From: Eledone cirrhosa
Taxonomy: Eukaryota
Direction of reading: 5' to 3'
DNA length: 64,000 nt
Assembly (NCBI GenBank): GCA_964016885.1
Contig: OZ024764.1
Location: 27,094,001 to 27,158,000 of the forward strand
The notes beneath the pieces were generated by a model that made no database searches, was not told the origin of the DNA, and saw nothing but the letters and a program-made list of their open reading frames with translations. Position numbers and translations under genes: made by a program. Position 1 is the first letter of the stretch. Every line of letters starts with the position of its first letter. Shown here one piece after another: positions 1 to 13,800 of the stretch.

Positions 1-3000
1 ACAGAGAGAGAGACAGATGAAACGAGGGAGATAGAGATGAAACGAGAGAGAGAGATGAAACGAGAGAGAGGAAGAGAGAGATGGAACGAGAGAGAGGAAG
101 GGAGAGATGGAACGAGAGAGAGGAAGACAGAGATGAAACGAGAGAGAGAGAGAGCAAGATGAAACGAGAGAGAGAGATGAAACGAGAGAGAGGAAGAGAG
201 AGATGGAACGAGAGAGAGGAAGAGAGAGATGGAACGAGCGAGAGGAAGACAGAGATGAAACGAGACAGAGAGAGATCGAGATGAAACGAGAGAGAGGAAG
301 AGAGAGAGCGCAAGATGAAACGAGAGAGAGAGAGAGAGCGAGATGAAACGAGAGAGAGGAAGAGAGAGAGCGCGAGATGAAACGAGAGAGAGGAAGAGAG
401 AGAGCGCGAGATGAAATGAGAGAGAGAGAGCGAGATGAAATGAGAGATTGAGAGTGAGATGAAACGAGAGAGTGAGAGAGAGCGAGATGAAATGACAGAG
501 AGAGAGCGAGATGAAATGAGAGAGAGAGAGCGAGATGAAACGAGACAGAGAGAGCGGGATGAAACGAGACAGAGAGATCGAGATGAAATGAGAGAGAGAG
601 AGCGAGATGAAATGAGAGAGAGAGAGCGAGATGAAACGAGAGAGTGAGAGCGAGATGGAACGAGTCAGAGAGAGCGAGATGAAACGAGAGAGTGAGAGCT
701 AGATGAAACGAGAGAGAGAGGAAACGAGAGAGAGAGGAAACGAGAGAGAGGAAACGAGAGAGAGGAAACGAGAGTAGAGAGCAAGATGAAACAGGAGAGA
801 GAGAGAGCGAGATGAAACCGGAGAGAGAGAGCGAGATGAAACGAGAGGGAGGGAGAGATGAAACGAGAGAGCGAGAGAGAGATAGAGGGAGATGAAACGA
901 GAGAGTGATAGCTAGATGAAACGAGAGAGAGAGGAATAGAGAGATGGAACGAGAGAGAGGAAGACAGATATGAAACGAGAGAGAGAGAGAGCGAGATGAA
1001 ACGAGAGAGAGGAAGAGAGAGAGCGCGAGATGAAACGAGAGAGAGAGAGCGAGATGAAACGAGAGAGAGAGCGAGATGAAACGAGAGAGAGGAAGAGAGA
1101 GAGCGCGAGATGAAAGTCTGTCATGTAATGTTATGGACATATCTGCCCTTGGGGCTAATAATTGTCATGTAATGTTATGGACATATCCACCCTTGGGGCT
1201 AATAATTGTCATGTAATGTTATGTACATCTCTGCCCCTGTGGCAAATAATTCTGTCATGTAATGTTATGGATACCTCTGTCCCTGTGGCTAATAATTATG
1301 TCATGTAATGTTATGGACATCTCTGCCCCTGTGGCTAATAATTCTGTCATGTAATGTTATGGACATCTCTGCCCCTGTGGCTAATAAATTCGTCATGTAA
1401 TGTTATGGACATCTCTGCCCCTGTGGCTAATAAATCTGTCACGTAATGTTTTGGACATCTCTTCCCCTGTGGCTAATAATTCTGACATGTAATGTTATGG
1501 ATATCTCTGCCCCTGTGGCTAATAATTCTGAGAGAGATGAAACAAGTGAGGGATAAGAGAGAGATGAAACAAGTGAGGGATTAGAGTGTTGAAACAAGAG
1601 AGAGAGAGGAAGAGAGAGTGAGAGCGAGATCAAACGAGAGAGAGAGAGCGAGATGAAATGAGAGAGTGAGAGCGAGATGAAACGAGAGAGAGAGAGCGAG
1701 ATGAAATGAGAGAGAGAGAGCGAGATGAAATGAGAGAGAGAGAGCGAGATGAAACGAGACAGAGAGAGCGAGGTGAAACGAGAGAGAGAGAGAGCGAAAT
1801 GAAACGAGACAGATTAGAGCGAGATGAAAAGAGAGAGAGAGAGCAAGATGAAATGAGAGAGAGAGAGCGAGATGAAACGAGAGAGTGAGAGCTAGAGGAA
1901 ACGATAGAGACAGGAAACGAGAGAGAGAGGAAACGAGAGAGAGGATACGAGAGAGAGGAAACGAGAGTAAAGAGCGAGATGAAACAGGAGAGAGAGAGCG
2001 AGATGAAACAGGAGAGAGAGAGCGAGATGAAACGAGAGGGAGAGTGAGATGAAACGAGAGAGCGAGAGAGAGATAGAGGGAGATGAAACGACAGAGAGAG
2101 AGACAGATGAAACGAGTGAGATAGAGATGAAACGAGAGAGAGAGATGAAACGAGAGAGAGGAAGAGAGAGATGGAACGAGAGAGAGGAAGAGAGAGATGG
2201 AACGAGAGAGAGGAAGACAGAGATGAAACGAGAGAGAGAGAGAGCGAGATGAAACGAGAGAGAGGAAGAGAGAGAACGCGAGATGAAACGAGAGAGAGAG
2301 CAAGATGAAACGAGAGAGAGGAAGAGAGAGAGCGCAAGATGAAACGAGAGAGAGAGAGCGCGAGATGAAAGTCTGTCATGTAATGTTATGGACATATCTG
2401 CCCTTGGGGCTAATAATTGTCATGTAATGTTATGGAAATCTCTGCCCCTGTGGCTAATAATTCTGTCATGTAATGTTATGGACATCTCTGCCCCTGTGGC
2501 TAATAATTCTGTCATGTAATGTTATGGACATCTCTGCCCCTGTGGCTAATAAATCTGTCATGTAATGTTATGGACATCTCTGCCCCTGTGGCTAATAATT
2601 CTGACATGTAATGTTATGGACATCTCTGCCCCTGTGGCTAATAAATATGACATGTAATGTTATGGACATCTCTGCCCCTGTGGCTAATAAATCTGTCATG
2701 TAATGTTATGGACATCTCTGCCCCTGTGGCTAATAATTCTGACATGTAATGTTATGGACATCTCTGCCCCTGTGGCTAATAAATCTGTCATGTAATGTTA
2801 TGGACATCTCTGCCCCTGTGGCTAATAATTCTGACATGTAATGTTATGGACATCTCTGCCCCTGTGGCTAATAAATTCGTCATGTAATGTTATGGACATA
2901 TCTGCCCCTGTGGCTAATAAATCTGTCATGTAATGTTATGGACATCTCTGCCCCTGTGGCTAATAATTCTGACATGTAATGTTATGGATATCTCTGCCCC

Positions 3001-6000
3001 TGTGGCTAATAATTCTGAGAGAGATGAAACAAGTGAGGGATAAGAGAGAGATGAAACAAATGAGGGATTAGAGTGTTGAAACAAGAGAGAGAGAGGAAGA
3101 GAGAGTGAGAGCGAGATCAAACGAGAGAGAGAGAGCGAGATGAAATGAGAGAGTGAGAGCGAGATGAAACGAGAGAGAGAGAGCGAGATGAAATGAGAGA
3201 GCGAGAGCGAGATGAAATGAGAGAGAGAGAGCGAGATGAAACGAGACAGAGAGAGCGAGATGAAACGAGAGAGAGAGAGAGCGAAATGAAACGAGACAGA
3301 TTAGAGCGAGATGAAACGAGAGAGAGAGAGCGAGATGAAATGAGAGAGAGAGAGCGAGATGAAATGAGAGAGAGAGAGCGAGATGAAACGAGACAGAGAG
3401 AGCGAGGTGAAACGAGAGAGAGAGAGAGAGCGAAATGAAACGAGACAGATTAGAGCGAGATGAAACGAGAGAGAGAGAGAGCAAGATGAAATGAGAGAGA
3501 GAGAGCGAGATGAAACGAGAGAGTGAGAGCTAGAGGAAACGAGAGAGAGAGGAAACGAGAGAGAGGATACGAGAGAGAGGAAACGAGAGTAGAGAGCGAG
3601 ATGAAACAGGAGAGAGAGAGCGAGATGAAACGAGAGGGAGAGAGAGATGAAACGAGAGAGCGAGAGAGAGATAGAGGGAGATGAAACGACAGAGAGAGAG
3701 ACAGATGAAACGAGGGAGATAGAGATGAAACGAGAGAGAGAGATGAAACGAGAGAGAGGAAGAGAGAGATGGAACGAGAGAGAGGAAGAGAGAGATGGAA
3801 CGAGAGAGAGGAAGACAGAGATGAAACGAGAGAGAGAGAGCGAGATGAAACGAGAGAGAGGAAGAGAGAACGCGAGATGAAACGAGAGAGAGAGAGAGCA
3901 AGATGAAACGAGAGAGAGGAAGAGAGAGAGCGCAAGATGAAACGAGAGAGAGAGCGCGAGATGAAAGTCTGTCATGTAATGTTATGGACATATCTGCCCT
4001 TGGGGCTAATAATTGTCATGTAATGTTATGGAAATCTCTGCCTCTGTGGCTAATAATTCTTTCATGTAATGTTATGGACATCTCTGCCCCTGTGGCTAAT
4101 AATTCTGTCATGTAATGTTATGGACATCTCTGCCCCTGTGGCTAATAAATCTGTCATGTAATGTTATGGACATCTCTGCCCCTGTGGCTAATAATTCTGA
4201 CATGTAATGTTATGGACATCTCTGCCCCTGTGGCTAATAAATATGACATGTAATGTTATGGACATCTCTGCCCCTGTGGCTAATAAATCTGTCATGTAAT
4301 GTTATGGACATCTCTGCCCCTGTGGCTAATAATTCTGACATGTAATGTTATGGACATCTCTGCCCCTGTGGCTAATAATTCTGAGAGAGATGAAACAAGT
4401 GAGGGATTAGAGAGAGATGAAACAAGTGAGGGATTAGAGTGTTGAAACAAGAGAGAGAGAGAGGAAGAGAGAGTGAGAGCGAAATCAAACGAGAGAGAGC
4501 GAGATGAAATGAGAGAGTGAGAGCGAGATGAAACGAGAGAGAGAGAGAGAGCGAGATGAAATGAGAGAGAGAGAGCGAGATGAAATGAGAGAGAGAGAGC
4601 GAGATGAAACGAGACAGAGAGAGCGGGATGAAACGAGACAGAGAGAGCGAGAGCGAGATGAAACGAGACAGAGAGAGCGAGATGAAACGAGAGAGAGAGA
4701 GCGAGATGAAATGAGAGAGAGAGAGCGAGATGAAACGAGAGAGTGAGAGCGAGATGGAACGAGACAGTGAGAGCGAGATGAAACGAGAGTGGGAGAGCTA
4801 GATGAAACGAGAGAGAGAGGAAACGAGAGAGACGAAACGAGAGAGAGGAAACGAGAGTAGAGAGCGAGATGAAACAGGAGAGAGAGAGCGAGATGAAACA
4901 GGAGAGAGAGAGCGAGATGAAACGAGAGGGAGAGAGAGATGAAACGAGAGAGCGAGAGAGAGATAGAGGGAGATGAAACGACAGAGAGAGAGACAGATGA
5001 AACGAGGGAGATAGAGATGAAACGAGAGAGAGAGATGAAACGAGAGAGAGAGATGAAACGAGAGAGAGGAAGAGAGAGATGGAACGAGAGAGAGGAAGGG
5101 AGAGATGGAACGAGAGAGAGGAAGACAGAGATGAAACGAGAGAGAGAGAGAGCAAGATGAAACGAGAGAGAGAGATGAAACGAGAGAGAGGAAGAGAGAG
5201 ATGGAACGAGAGAGAGGAAGAGAGAGATGGAACGAGCGAGAGGAAGACAGAGATGAAACGAGACAGAGAGAGATCGAGATGAAACGAGAGAGAGGAAGAG
5301 AGAGAGCGCAAGATGAAACGAGAGAGAGAGAGAGCGAGATGAAACGAGAGAGAGGAAGAGAGAGAGCGCGAGATGAAACGAGAGAGAGGAAGAGAGAGAG
5401 CGCGAGATGAAATGAGAGAGAGAGAGCGAGATGAAATGAGAGATTGAGAGTGAGATGAAACGAGAGAGTGAGAGAGAGCGAGATGAAATGACAGAGAGAG
5501 AGCGAGATGAAATGAGAGAGAGAGAGCGAGATGAAACGAGACAGAGAGAGCGGGATGAAACGAGACAGAGAGATCGAGATGAAATGAGAGAGAGAGAGCG
5601 AGATGAAATGAGAGAGAGAGAGCGAGATGAAACGAGAGAGTGAGAGCGAGATGGAACGAGTCAGAGAGAGCGAGATGAAACGAGAGAGTGAGAGCTAGAT
5701 GAAACGAGAGAGAGAGGAACGAGAGAGAGAGGAAACGAGAGAGAGGAAACGAGAGAGAGGAAACGAGAGTAGAGAGCAAGATGAAACAGGAGAGAGAGAG
5801 AGAGCGAGATGAAACCGGAGAGAGAGAGCGAGATGAAACGAGAGGGAGGGAGAGATGAAACGAGAGAGCGAGAGAGAGATAGAGGGAGATGAAACGAGAG
5901 AGAGAGGAATAGAGAGATGGAACGAGAGAGAGGAAGACAGATATGAAACGAGAGAGAGAGAGAGCGAGATGAAACGAGAGAGAGGAAGAGAGCGCGAGAT

Positions 6001-7854
6001 GAAACGAGAGAGAGAGAGCGAGATGAAACGAGAGAGAGAGCGAGATGAAACGAGAGAGAGGAAGAGAGAGAGCGCGAGATGAAAGTCTGTCATGTAATGT
6101 TATGGACATATCTGCCCTTGGGGCTAATAATTGTCATGTAATGTTATGGACATATCTACCCTTGGGGCTAATAATTGTCATGTAATGTTATGTACATCTC
6201 TGCCCCTGTGGCAAATAATTCTGTCATGTAATGTTATGGACACCTCTGTCCCTGTGGCTAATAATTATGTCATGTAATGTTATGGACATCTCTGCCTCTG
6301 TGGCTAATAATTATGTCATGTAATGTTATGGACATCTCTGCCCCTGTGGCTAATAAATTCGTCATGTAATGTTATGGACATCTCTGCCCCTGTGGCTAAT
6401 AAATCTGTCATGTAATGTTTTGGACATCTCTTCCCCTGTGGCTAATAATTCTGACATGTAATGTTATGGATATCTCTGCCCCTGTGGCTAATAATTCTGA
6501 GAGAGATGAAACAAGTGAGGGATAAGAGAGAGATGAAACAAGTGAGGGATTAGAGTGTTGAAACAAGAGAGAGAGAGGAAGAGAGAGTGAGAGCGAGATC
6601 AAACGAGAGAGAGAGAGCGAGATGAAATGAGAGAGTGAGAGCGAGATGAAACGAGAGAGAGAGAGCGAGATGAAATGAGAGAGAGAGAGCGAGATGAAAT
6701 GAGAGAGAGAGAGCGAGATGAAACGAGACAGAGAGAGCGAGGTGAAACGAGAGAGAGAGAGAGAGCGAAATGAAACGAGACAGATTAGAGCGAGATGAAA
6801 CGAGAGAGAGAGAGAGCAAGATGAAATGAGAGAGAGAGAGCGAGATGAAACGAGAGAGTGAGAGCTAGAGGAAACGATAGAGAGAGGAAACGAGAGAGAG
6901 AGGAAACGAGAGAGAGGATACGAGAGAGAGGAAACGAGAGTAGAGAGCGAGATGAAACAGGAGAGAGAGAGCGAGATGAAACAGGAGAGAGAGAGCGAGA
7001 TGAAACGAGAGGGAGAGTGAGATGAAACGAGAGAGCGAGAGAGAGATAGAGGGAGATGAAACGACAGAGAGAGAGACAGATGAAACGAGGGAGATAGAGA
7101 TGAAACGAGAGAGAGAGATGAAACGAGAGAGAGGAAGAGAGAGATGGAACGAGAGAGAGGAAGAGAGAGATGGAACGAGAGAGAGGAAGACAGAGATGAA
7201 ACGAGAGAGAGAGAGAGAGCGAGATGAAACGAGAGAGAGGAAGAGAGAGAACGCGAGATGAAACGAGAGAGAGAGCAAGATGAAACGAGAGAGAGGAAGA
7301 GAGAGAGCGCAAGATGAAACGAGAGAGAGAGAGCGCGAGATGGAAGTCTGTCATGTAATGTTATGGACATATCTGCCCTTGGGGCTAATAATTGTCATGT
7401 AATGTTATGGAAATCTCTGCCCCTGTGGCTAATAATTCTGTCATGTAATGTTATGGACATCTCTGCCCCTGTGGCTAATAATTCTGTCATGTAATGTTAT
7501 GGACATCTCTGCCCCTGTGGCTAATAAATCTGTCATGTAATGTTATGGACATCTCTGCCCCTGTGGCTAATAATTCTGACATGTAATGTTATGGACATCT
7601 CTGCCCCTGTGGCTAATAAATATGACATGTAATGTTATGGACATCTCTGCCCCTGTGGCTAATAAATCTGTCATGTAATGTTATGGACATCTCTGCCCCT
7701 GTGGCTAATAATTCTGACATGTAATGTTATGGACATCTCTGCCCCTGTGGCTAATAAATCTGTCATGTAATGTTATGGACATCTCTGCCCCTGTGGCTAA
7801 TAATTCTGACATGTAATGTTATGGACATCTCTGCCCCTGTGGCTAATAATTCTG
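1..7854 (+). repeat. Composite satellite array, GA strand on +: five GA-rich blocks alternating with five arrays of a 46-bp monomer
   Basis: Monomer TCATGTAATGTTATGGACATCTCTGCCCCTGTGGCTAATAATTCTG (46 bp). Arrays at 1121-1530 (9 units), 2376-3017 (14), 3972-4383 (9), 6090-6499 (9) and 7351-7854 (11). Intervening blocks consist of ~20-24 bp (GA)n-GC-GAGATGAAAC variants. Confidence 0.97.
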
Positions 7855-10800
7855 ATTTATTAGCCACAGGGGCAGAGATGTCCATAACATTACATGACAG
7901 AATTATTAGCCACAGGGGCAGAGATTTCCATAACATTACATGTCAGAATTATTAGCCACAGGGGCAGAGATGTCCATAACATTACATGTCAGAATTATTA
8001 GCCACAGGGGCAGAGATGTCCATAACATTACATGACAGAATTATTAGCCACAGGGGCAGAGATGACCATAACATTACATGACAATTATTAGACACAGGGG
8101 CAGATATGTCAATAACATTACATGACAGAGTTTCATCTTGCGCTCTCTCTCTCTCGTTTCATCTCGCTCTCCCTCTCTCTCGTTTCATCTCTGTCTTCCT
8201 CTCTCTCGTTTCATCTCGCTCTCTCTCTCTCTCGTTTCATCTCTGTCTTCCTCTCTCTCGTTCCATCTCTCTCTTCCTCTCTCTCGTTCCATCTCTCTCT
8301 TCCTCTCTTTCGTTTCATCTCTATCTCCCTTCTTTCATCTGTCTCTCTCTCTGTCGTTTCATCTCGCGCTCTCTCTCTCTCGTTTCATCTTGCGCTCTCT
8401 CTCTCTCGTTTCGTCTTGCTCTCTCTCTCTCTCGTTTCATCTCTGTCTTCCTCTCTCTCGTTCCATCTCTCTATTCCTCTCTCTCGTTCCATCTCTCTCA
8501 TCCTCTCTCTCGTTTCATCTCTATCTCCCTCCTTTCATCTGTCTCTCTCTCTGTCGTTTCATCTCGCGCTCTCTCTCTCTCTCGTTTCATCTTGCGCTCT
8601 CTCTCTCTCGTTTCATCTCGTTCTCTCTCTCGTTTCATCTCTGTCTTCCTCTCTCTCGTTCCATCTCTCTCTTCCTCTCTCTCGTGCCATCTCTCTCTTC
8701 CTCTCTCTCGTTTCATCTCTATCTCCCTTCTTTCATTTGTCTCGCTCTCTGTCGTTTCATCTCGCGCTCTCTCTCTCTCGTTTCATGTCGCGCTCTCTCT
8801 CTCTCGTTTCATCTCGCTCTCTCTCTCTCGTTTCATCTCTGTCTTCCTCTCTCTCGTGCCATCTCTCTCTTCCTCTCTCTCTTCCTCTCTCTCGTTTCAT
8901 CTCTATCTCCCTTGTTTCATCTCTCTCTCGCTCTCTCGTTTCATCTCTCTCTCCCTCTCGTTTCATCTCGCTCTCTCTCTCCTGTTTCATCTCGCTCTCT
9001 CTCTCTCGTTTCATCTCTGTCTTCCTCTCTCTCGTTCCATCTCTGTCTTCCTCTCTCTCGTTCCATCTCTCGCTTCCTCTCTCTCGTTTCATCTCGCTCT
9101 CCCTCGTTTCATCTCTCTCTCGCTCTCTCGTTTCATCTCTCTCTCCCTCTCATTTCATCTCGCTCTCTCTCTCCTGTTTCATCTGGCTCTCTCTCTCTCC
9201 TGTTTCATCTCGCTCTCTACTCTCGTTTCCTCTCTCTCGTTTCATCTCTCTCTCCCTCCCGTTTCATCTCGCTCTCTCTCTCTCATTTCATCTCGCTCTC
9301 TCTCTCTCGTTTCATCTCGCTCTCCCTCTCTCGTTTCATCCCGCTCTCACTCTCTCATTTCTTCTCGCTCTCTCTCTCTTGTTTCAACACTCTAATCCCT
9401 CACTTGTTTACTATCTCTCAGAATTATTAGCCACAGGGGCAGAGATGACCATAACATTACATGTCAGAATTATTAGCCACAAGGGCAGAGATGTCCATAA
9501 CATTACATGACAGAATTATTAGCCACAGGGGCAGAGATGACCATAACATTACATGACAATTATTAGCCACAGGGGCAGATATGTCAATAACATTACACGA
9601 CAGAGTTTCATCTCGCGCTCTCTCTCTCTCGTTTCATCTTGCGCTCTCTCTCTCTCTCGTTTCATCTTGCTCTCTCTCTCGTTTCATCTCTGTCTTCCTC
9701 TCTCTCGTTCCATCTCTCTCTTCCTCTCTCTCGTTCCATCTCTCTCATCCTCTCTCTCGTTTCATCTCCATCTCCCTCCTTTCATCTGTCTCTCTCTCTG
9801 TCGTTTCATCTCGCGCTCTCTCTCTCTCGTTTCATCTCGCGCTCTCTCTGTCTCGTTTCATCTCGCTCTCTCTCTCTCTCGTTTCATCTCTGTCTTCCTC
9901 TCTCTCGTTCCATCTCTCTCTTCCTCTCTCTCGTTCCATCTCTCTCTTCCTCTCTCTCGTTTCATCTCTATCTCCCTCGTTTCATCTCTCTCTCGCTCTC
10001 TCGTTTCATCTCTCTCTCCCGCTCGTTTCTTTTCGCTCTCTCTCTCCTGTTTCATCTCGCTCTCTACTCTCGTTTCCTCTCTCTCATTTCCTCTCTCTCT
10101 CGTTTCCTCTCTGTCTCGTTTCATCTCGCTCTCTCTCTTTCTCGTTTGATCTCGCTCTCACTCTCTCGTTTCATCTCGCTTCTCTCACTCTCTTGTTTCA
10201 TCTCGCTCTCTCTCTCTCTGCCTCTCTCTCTCTTGTTTCAACACTCTAATCCCTCACTTGTTTTATCTCTCTCTAATCCCTCACTTGGTTCATCTCTCTC
10301 AGAATTATTAGCCACAGGGGCAGAGATGTCCATAACATTACATGTCAGAATTATTAGCCACAGGGCAGAGATGTCCATAACATTACATGTCAGAATTATT
10401 AGCCACAGGGGTAGAGATGTCCATAACATTACATGTCAGAATTATTAGCCACAGGGGCAGAGATGTCCATAACATTACATGACAGAATTATTAGCCACAG
10501 GGGCAGTGATGTCCATAACATTACATGACAATTATTAGCCCCAAGGGCAGATATGTCCATAACATTACATGACAGAGTTCCATCTCGCGCTCTCTCTCTT
10601 CCTCTCTCTCGTTTCATCTCGCTCTCTCTCTCGTTTCATCTCGCTCTCTCGTTTCATCTCGCTCTCTCGTTTCATCTCTGTCTTCCACTCTCTCGTTCCA
10701 TCTCTCTCTTCCTCTCTCTCGTTCCATCTCTCTCTTCCTCTCTCTCGTTTCATCTCTATCTCCCTCGTTTCATCTCTCTCTCCCTCTCGTTTCATCTCGC

Positions 10801-13800
10801 TCTCTCTCTCCTGTTTCATCTCGCTCTCTACTCTCGTTTCCTCTCTCTCGTTTCCTCTCTGTCTCGTTCCATCCCGCTCTCTCTCTCTCTCTCATTACAT
10901 CTCGCTCTCTCTGTCTCGTTTCATCTCGCTCTCTCTCTCTCTCGTTTCATCTCGCTCTCACTCTCTCGTTTCATCTCGCGTTTCATCTCACTCTCCCTGT
11001 CTCATTTCACCTCGCTCTCTCTCTCTCTTCCTCTCTCTCTCTTGTTTCAACACTCTAATCCCTCACTTGTTTTATCTCTCTCTAATCCCTCACTTGTTTC
11101 ATCTCTCTCAGAATTATTAGCCACAGGGGCAGAGATGTCCATAACATTACATGTCAGAATTATTAGCCACAGGGCAGAGATGTCCATAACATTACATGTC
11201 AGAGTTATTAGCCACAGGGGCAGAGATGTCCATAACATTACATGTCAGAATTATTAGCCACGGGGGCGGAGACGTCCATAACATTACATGACAGAATTAT
11301 TAGCCACAGGGGCAGAGATGACCATAACATTACATGACAATTATTAGCCACAGGGGCAGATATATCAATAACATTACATGATAGAGTTTCATCTCGCGCT
11401 CTCTCTCTCTCGTTTCATCTTGCTCTCTCTCTCTCTCGTTTCATCTCTGTCTTCCTCTCTCTCGTTCCATCTCTCTCTTCCTCTCTCTCGTTCCATCTCT
11501 CTCATCCTCTCTCTCGTTTCATCTCTATCTCCCTCCTTTCATCTGTCTCTCTCTGTCGTTTCATCTCGTGCTCTCTCTCTCTCGTTTCATCTCGCGCTCT
11601 CTCTGTCTCGTTTCATCTCGCTCTCTCTCTCTCTCGTTTCATCTCTGTCTTCCTCTCTCACGTTCCATCTCTCTCTTCCTCTCTCTCGTTCCATCTCTCT
11701 CTTCCTCTCTCTCGTTTCATCTCTATCTCCCTCGTTTCATCTCTCTCTCGCTCTCTCGTTTCATCTCTCTCTCCCTCTCGTTTCATCTCGCTCTCTACTC
11801 TCGTTTCCTCTCTCTCGTTTCCTCTCTGTCTCGTTCCATCCCGCTCTCTCTCTCTCACATTACATCTCGCTCTCTCTGTCTCGTTTCATCTCGCTCTCTC
11901 TCTCTCTCGTTTCATCTCGCTCTCACTCTCTCGTTTCATCTCGCTTCTCTCACTATTGCGTTTCATCTCGCTCTCCCTGTCTCATTTCATCTCGCTCTCT
12001 CTCTCTCTTCCTCTCTCTTGTTTCAACACCCTAATCCCTCACTTGTTTTATCTCTCTCTAATCCCTCACTTGTTTCATCTCTCTCAGAAATATTAGCCAC
12101 AGGGGCAGAGATGTCCATAACATTACATGTCAGAATTATTAGCCACAGGGCAGAGATGTCCATAACATTACATGTCAGAATTATTAGCCACAGGGGCAGA
12201 GATGTCCATAACATTACATGTCAGAATTATTAGCCACAGGGGCGGAGACGTCCATAACATTACATGACAGAATTATTAGCCACAGGGGCAGAGATGACCA
12301 TAACATTACATGACAATTATTAGCCACAGGGGCAGATATATCAATAACATTACATGAAAGAGTTTCATCTCGCGCTCTCTCTCTCTCGTTTCATCTTGCG
12401 CTCTCTCTCTCTCGTTTCATCTTGCTCTCTCTCTCTCTCGTTTCATCTCTGTATTCCTCTCTCTCGTTCCATCTCTCTATTCCTCTCTCTCGTTCCATCT
12501 CTGTCATCCTCTCTCTCGTTTTATCTGTATCTCCCTCCTTCAATCTGTCTCTCTCTCTGTCGTTTCATCTCGTGCTCTCTCTCTCTCGTTTCATCTCGCG
12601 CTCTCTCTGTCTCGTTTCATCTCGCTCTCTCTCTCTCTCTCGTTTCATCTCTGTCTTCCTCTCTCTCGTTCCATCTCTCTCTTCCTCTTTCTCGTTCCAT
12701 CTCTCTCTTCCTCTCTCTCGTTTCATCTCTATCTCCCTCGTTTCATCTCTCTCTCGCTCTCTCGTTTCATCTCTCTCTCCCTCTCGTTTCATCTCGCTCT
12801 CTACTCTCGTTTTCTCTCTCTCGTTTCCTCTCTGTCTCGTTCCATCCCGCTCTCTCTCTCTCTCATTACATCTCGCTCTCTCTGTCTCGTTTCATCTCGC
12901 TCTCTCTCGCTCTCGTTTCATCTCGCTCTCACTCTCTCGTTTCATCTCGCTTCTCTCACTATTGCGTTTCATCTCGCTCTCCCTGTCTCATTTCATCTCG
13001 CTCTCTCTCTCTCTTCCTCTCTCTTGTTTCAACACCCTAATCCCTCACTTGTTTTATCTCTCTCTAATCCCTCACTTGTTTCATCTCTCTCAGAATTATT
13101 AGCCACAGGGGCAGAGATGTCCATAACATTACATGTCAGAGTTATTAGCCACAGGGGCAGAGATGTCCATAACGTTACATGACAATTATTAGCCCCAAGG
13201 GCAGATATGTCCATAACATTACATGACAGAGTTTCATCTCGCGCTCTCTCTCTCTCGTTTCATCTCGCGCTCTCTCTCTTCCTCTCTCTCGTTTCATCTC
13301 GCTCTCTCTCTCTCTCGTTTCACCTCTGTCTTCCATCTCTCTCTTCCTCTCTCTCGTTCCATCTCACTCTTCCTCTCTCTCATTTCATCTCTCTCTCTCG
13401 TTTCATCTCTATCTCTCTCTCTCGTTTCATCTGTCTCTCTCTCTGTCGTTTCATCTCCCTCTATCTCTCTCTCCCTCTCGTTTCATCTCGCTCTCTCTCT
13501 CCTGTTTCATCTCGCTCTCTCTCTCTCCTGTTTCATCTCGATCTCACTCTCTCGTTTCATCTCGCTCTCTCTCTGTCTCGTTTCATCTCGCTCTCTCTCT
13601 CTCATTTCATCTCGCTCTCTCTCTCATTTCATCTCGCTCTCTCTCTCTCGTTTCATCTCGCTCTCACTCTCTCGTTTCATCTCGCTCTCACTCTCTCGTT
13701 TCATCTCGCTCTCCCTGTCCCGTTTCATCTCGCTCACACTCTCTCATTTCATCTCGCTCTCTCTCTCTTCTTTCAACACTCTAATCCCTCACTTGTTTCA

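Noticed and set aside
1540-1590. GAGGGATTAG as a telomeric repeat variant
   Set aside because: Only one or two spaced copies per super-unit; no tandem TTAGGG.
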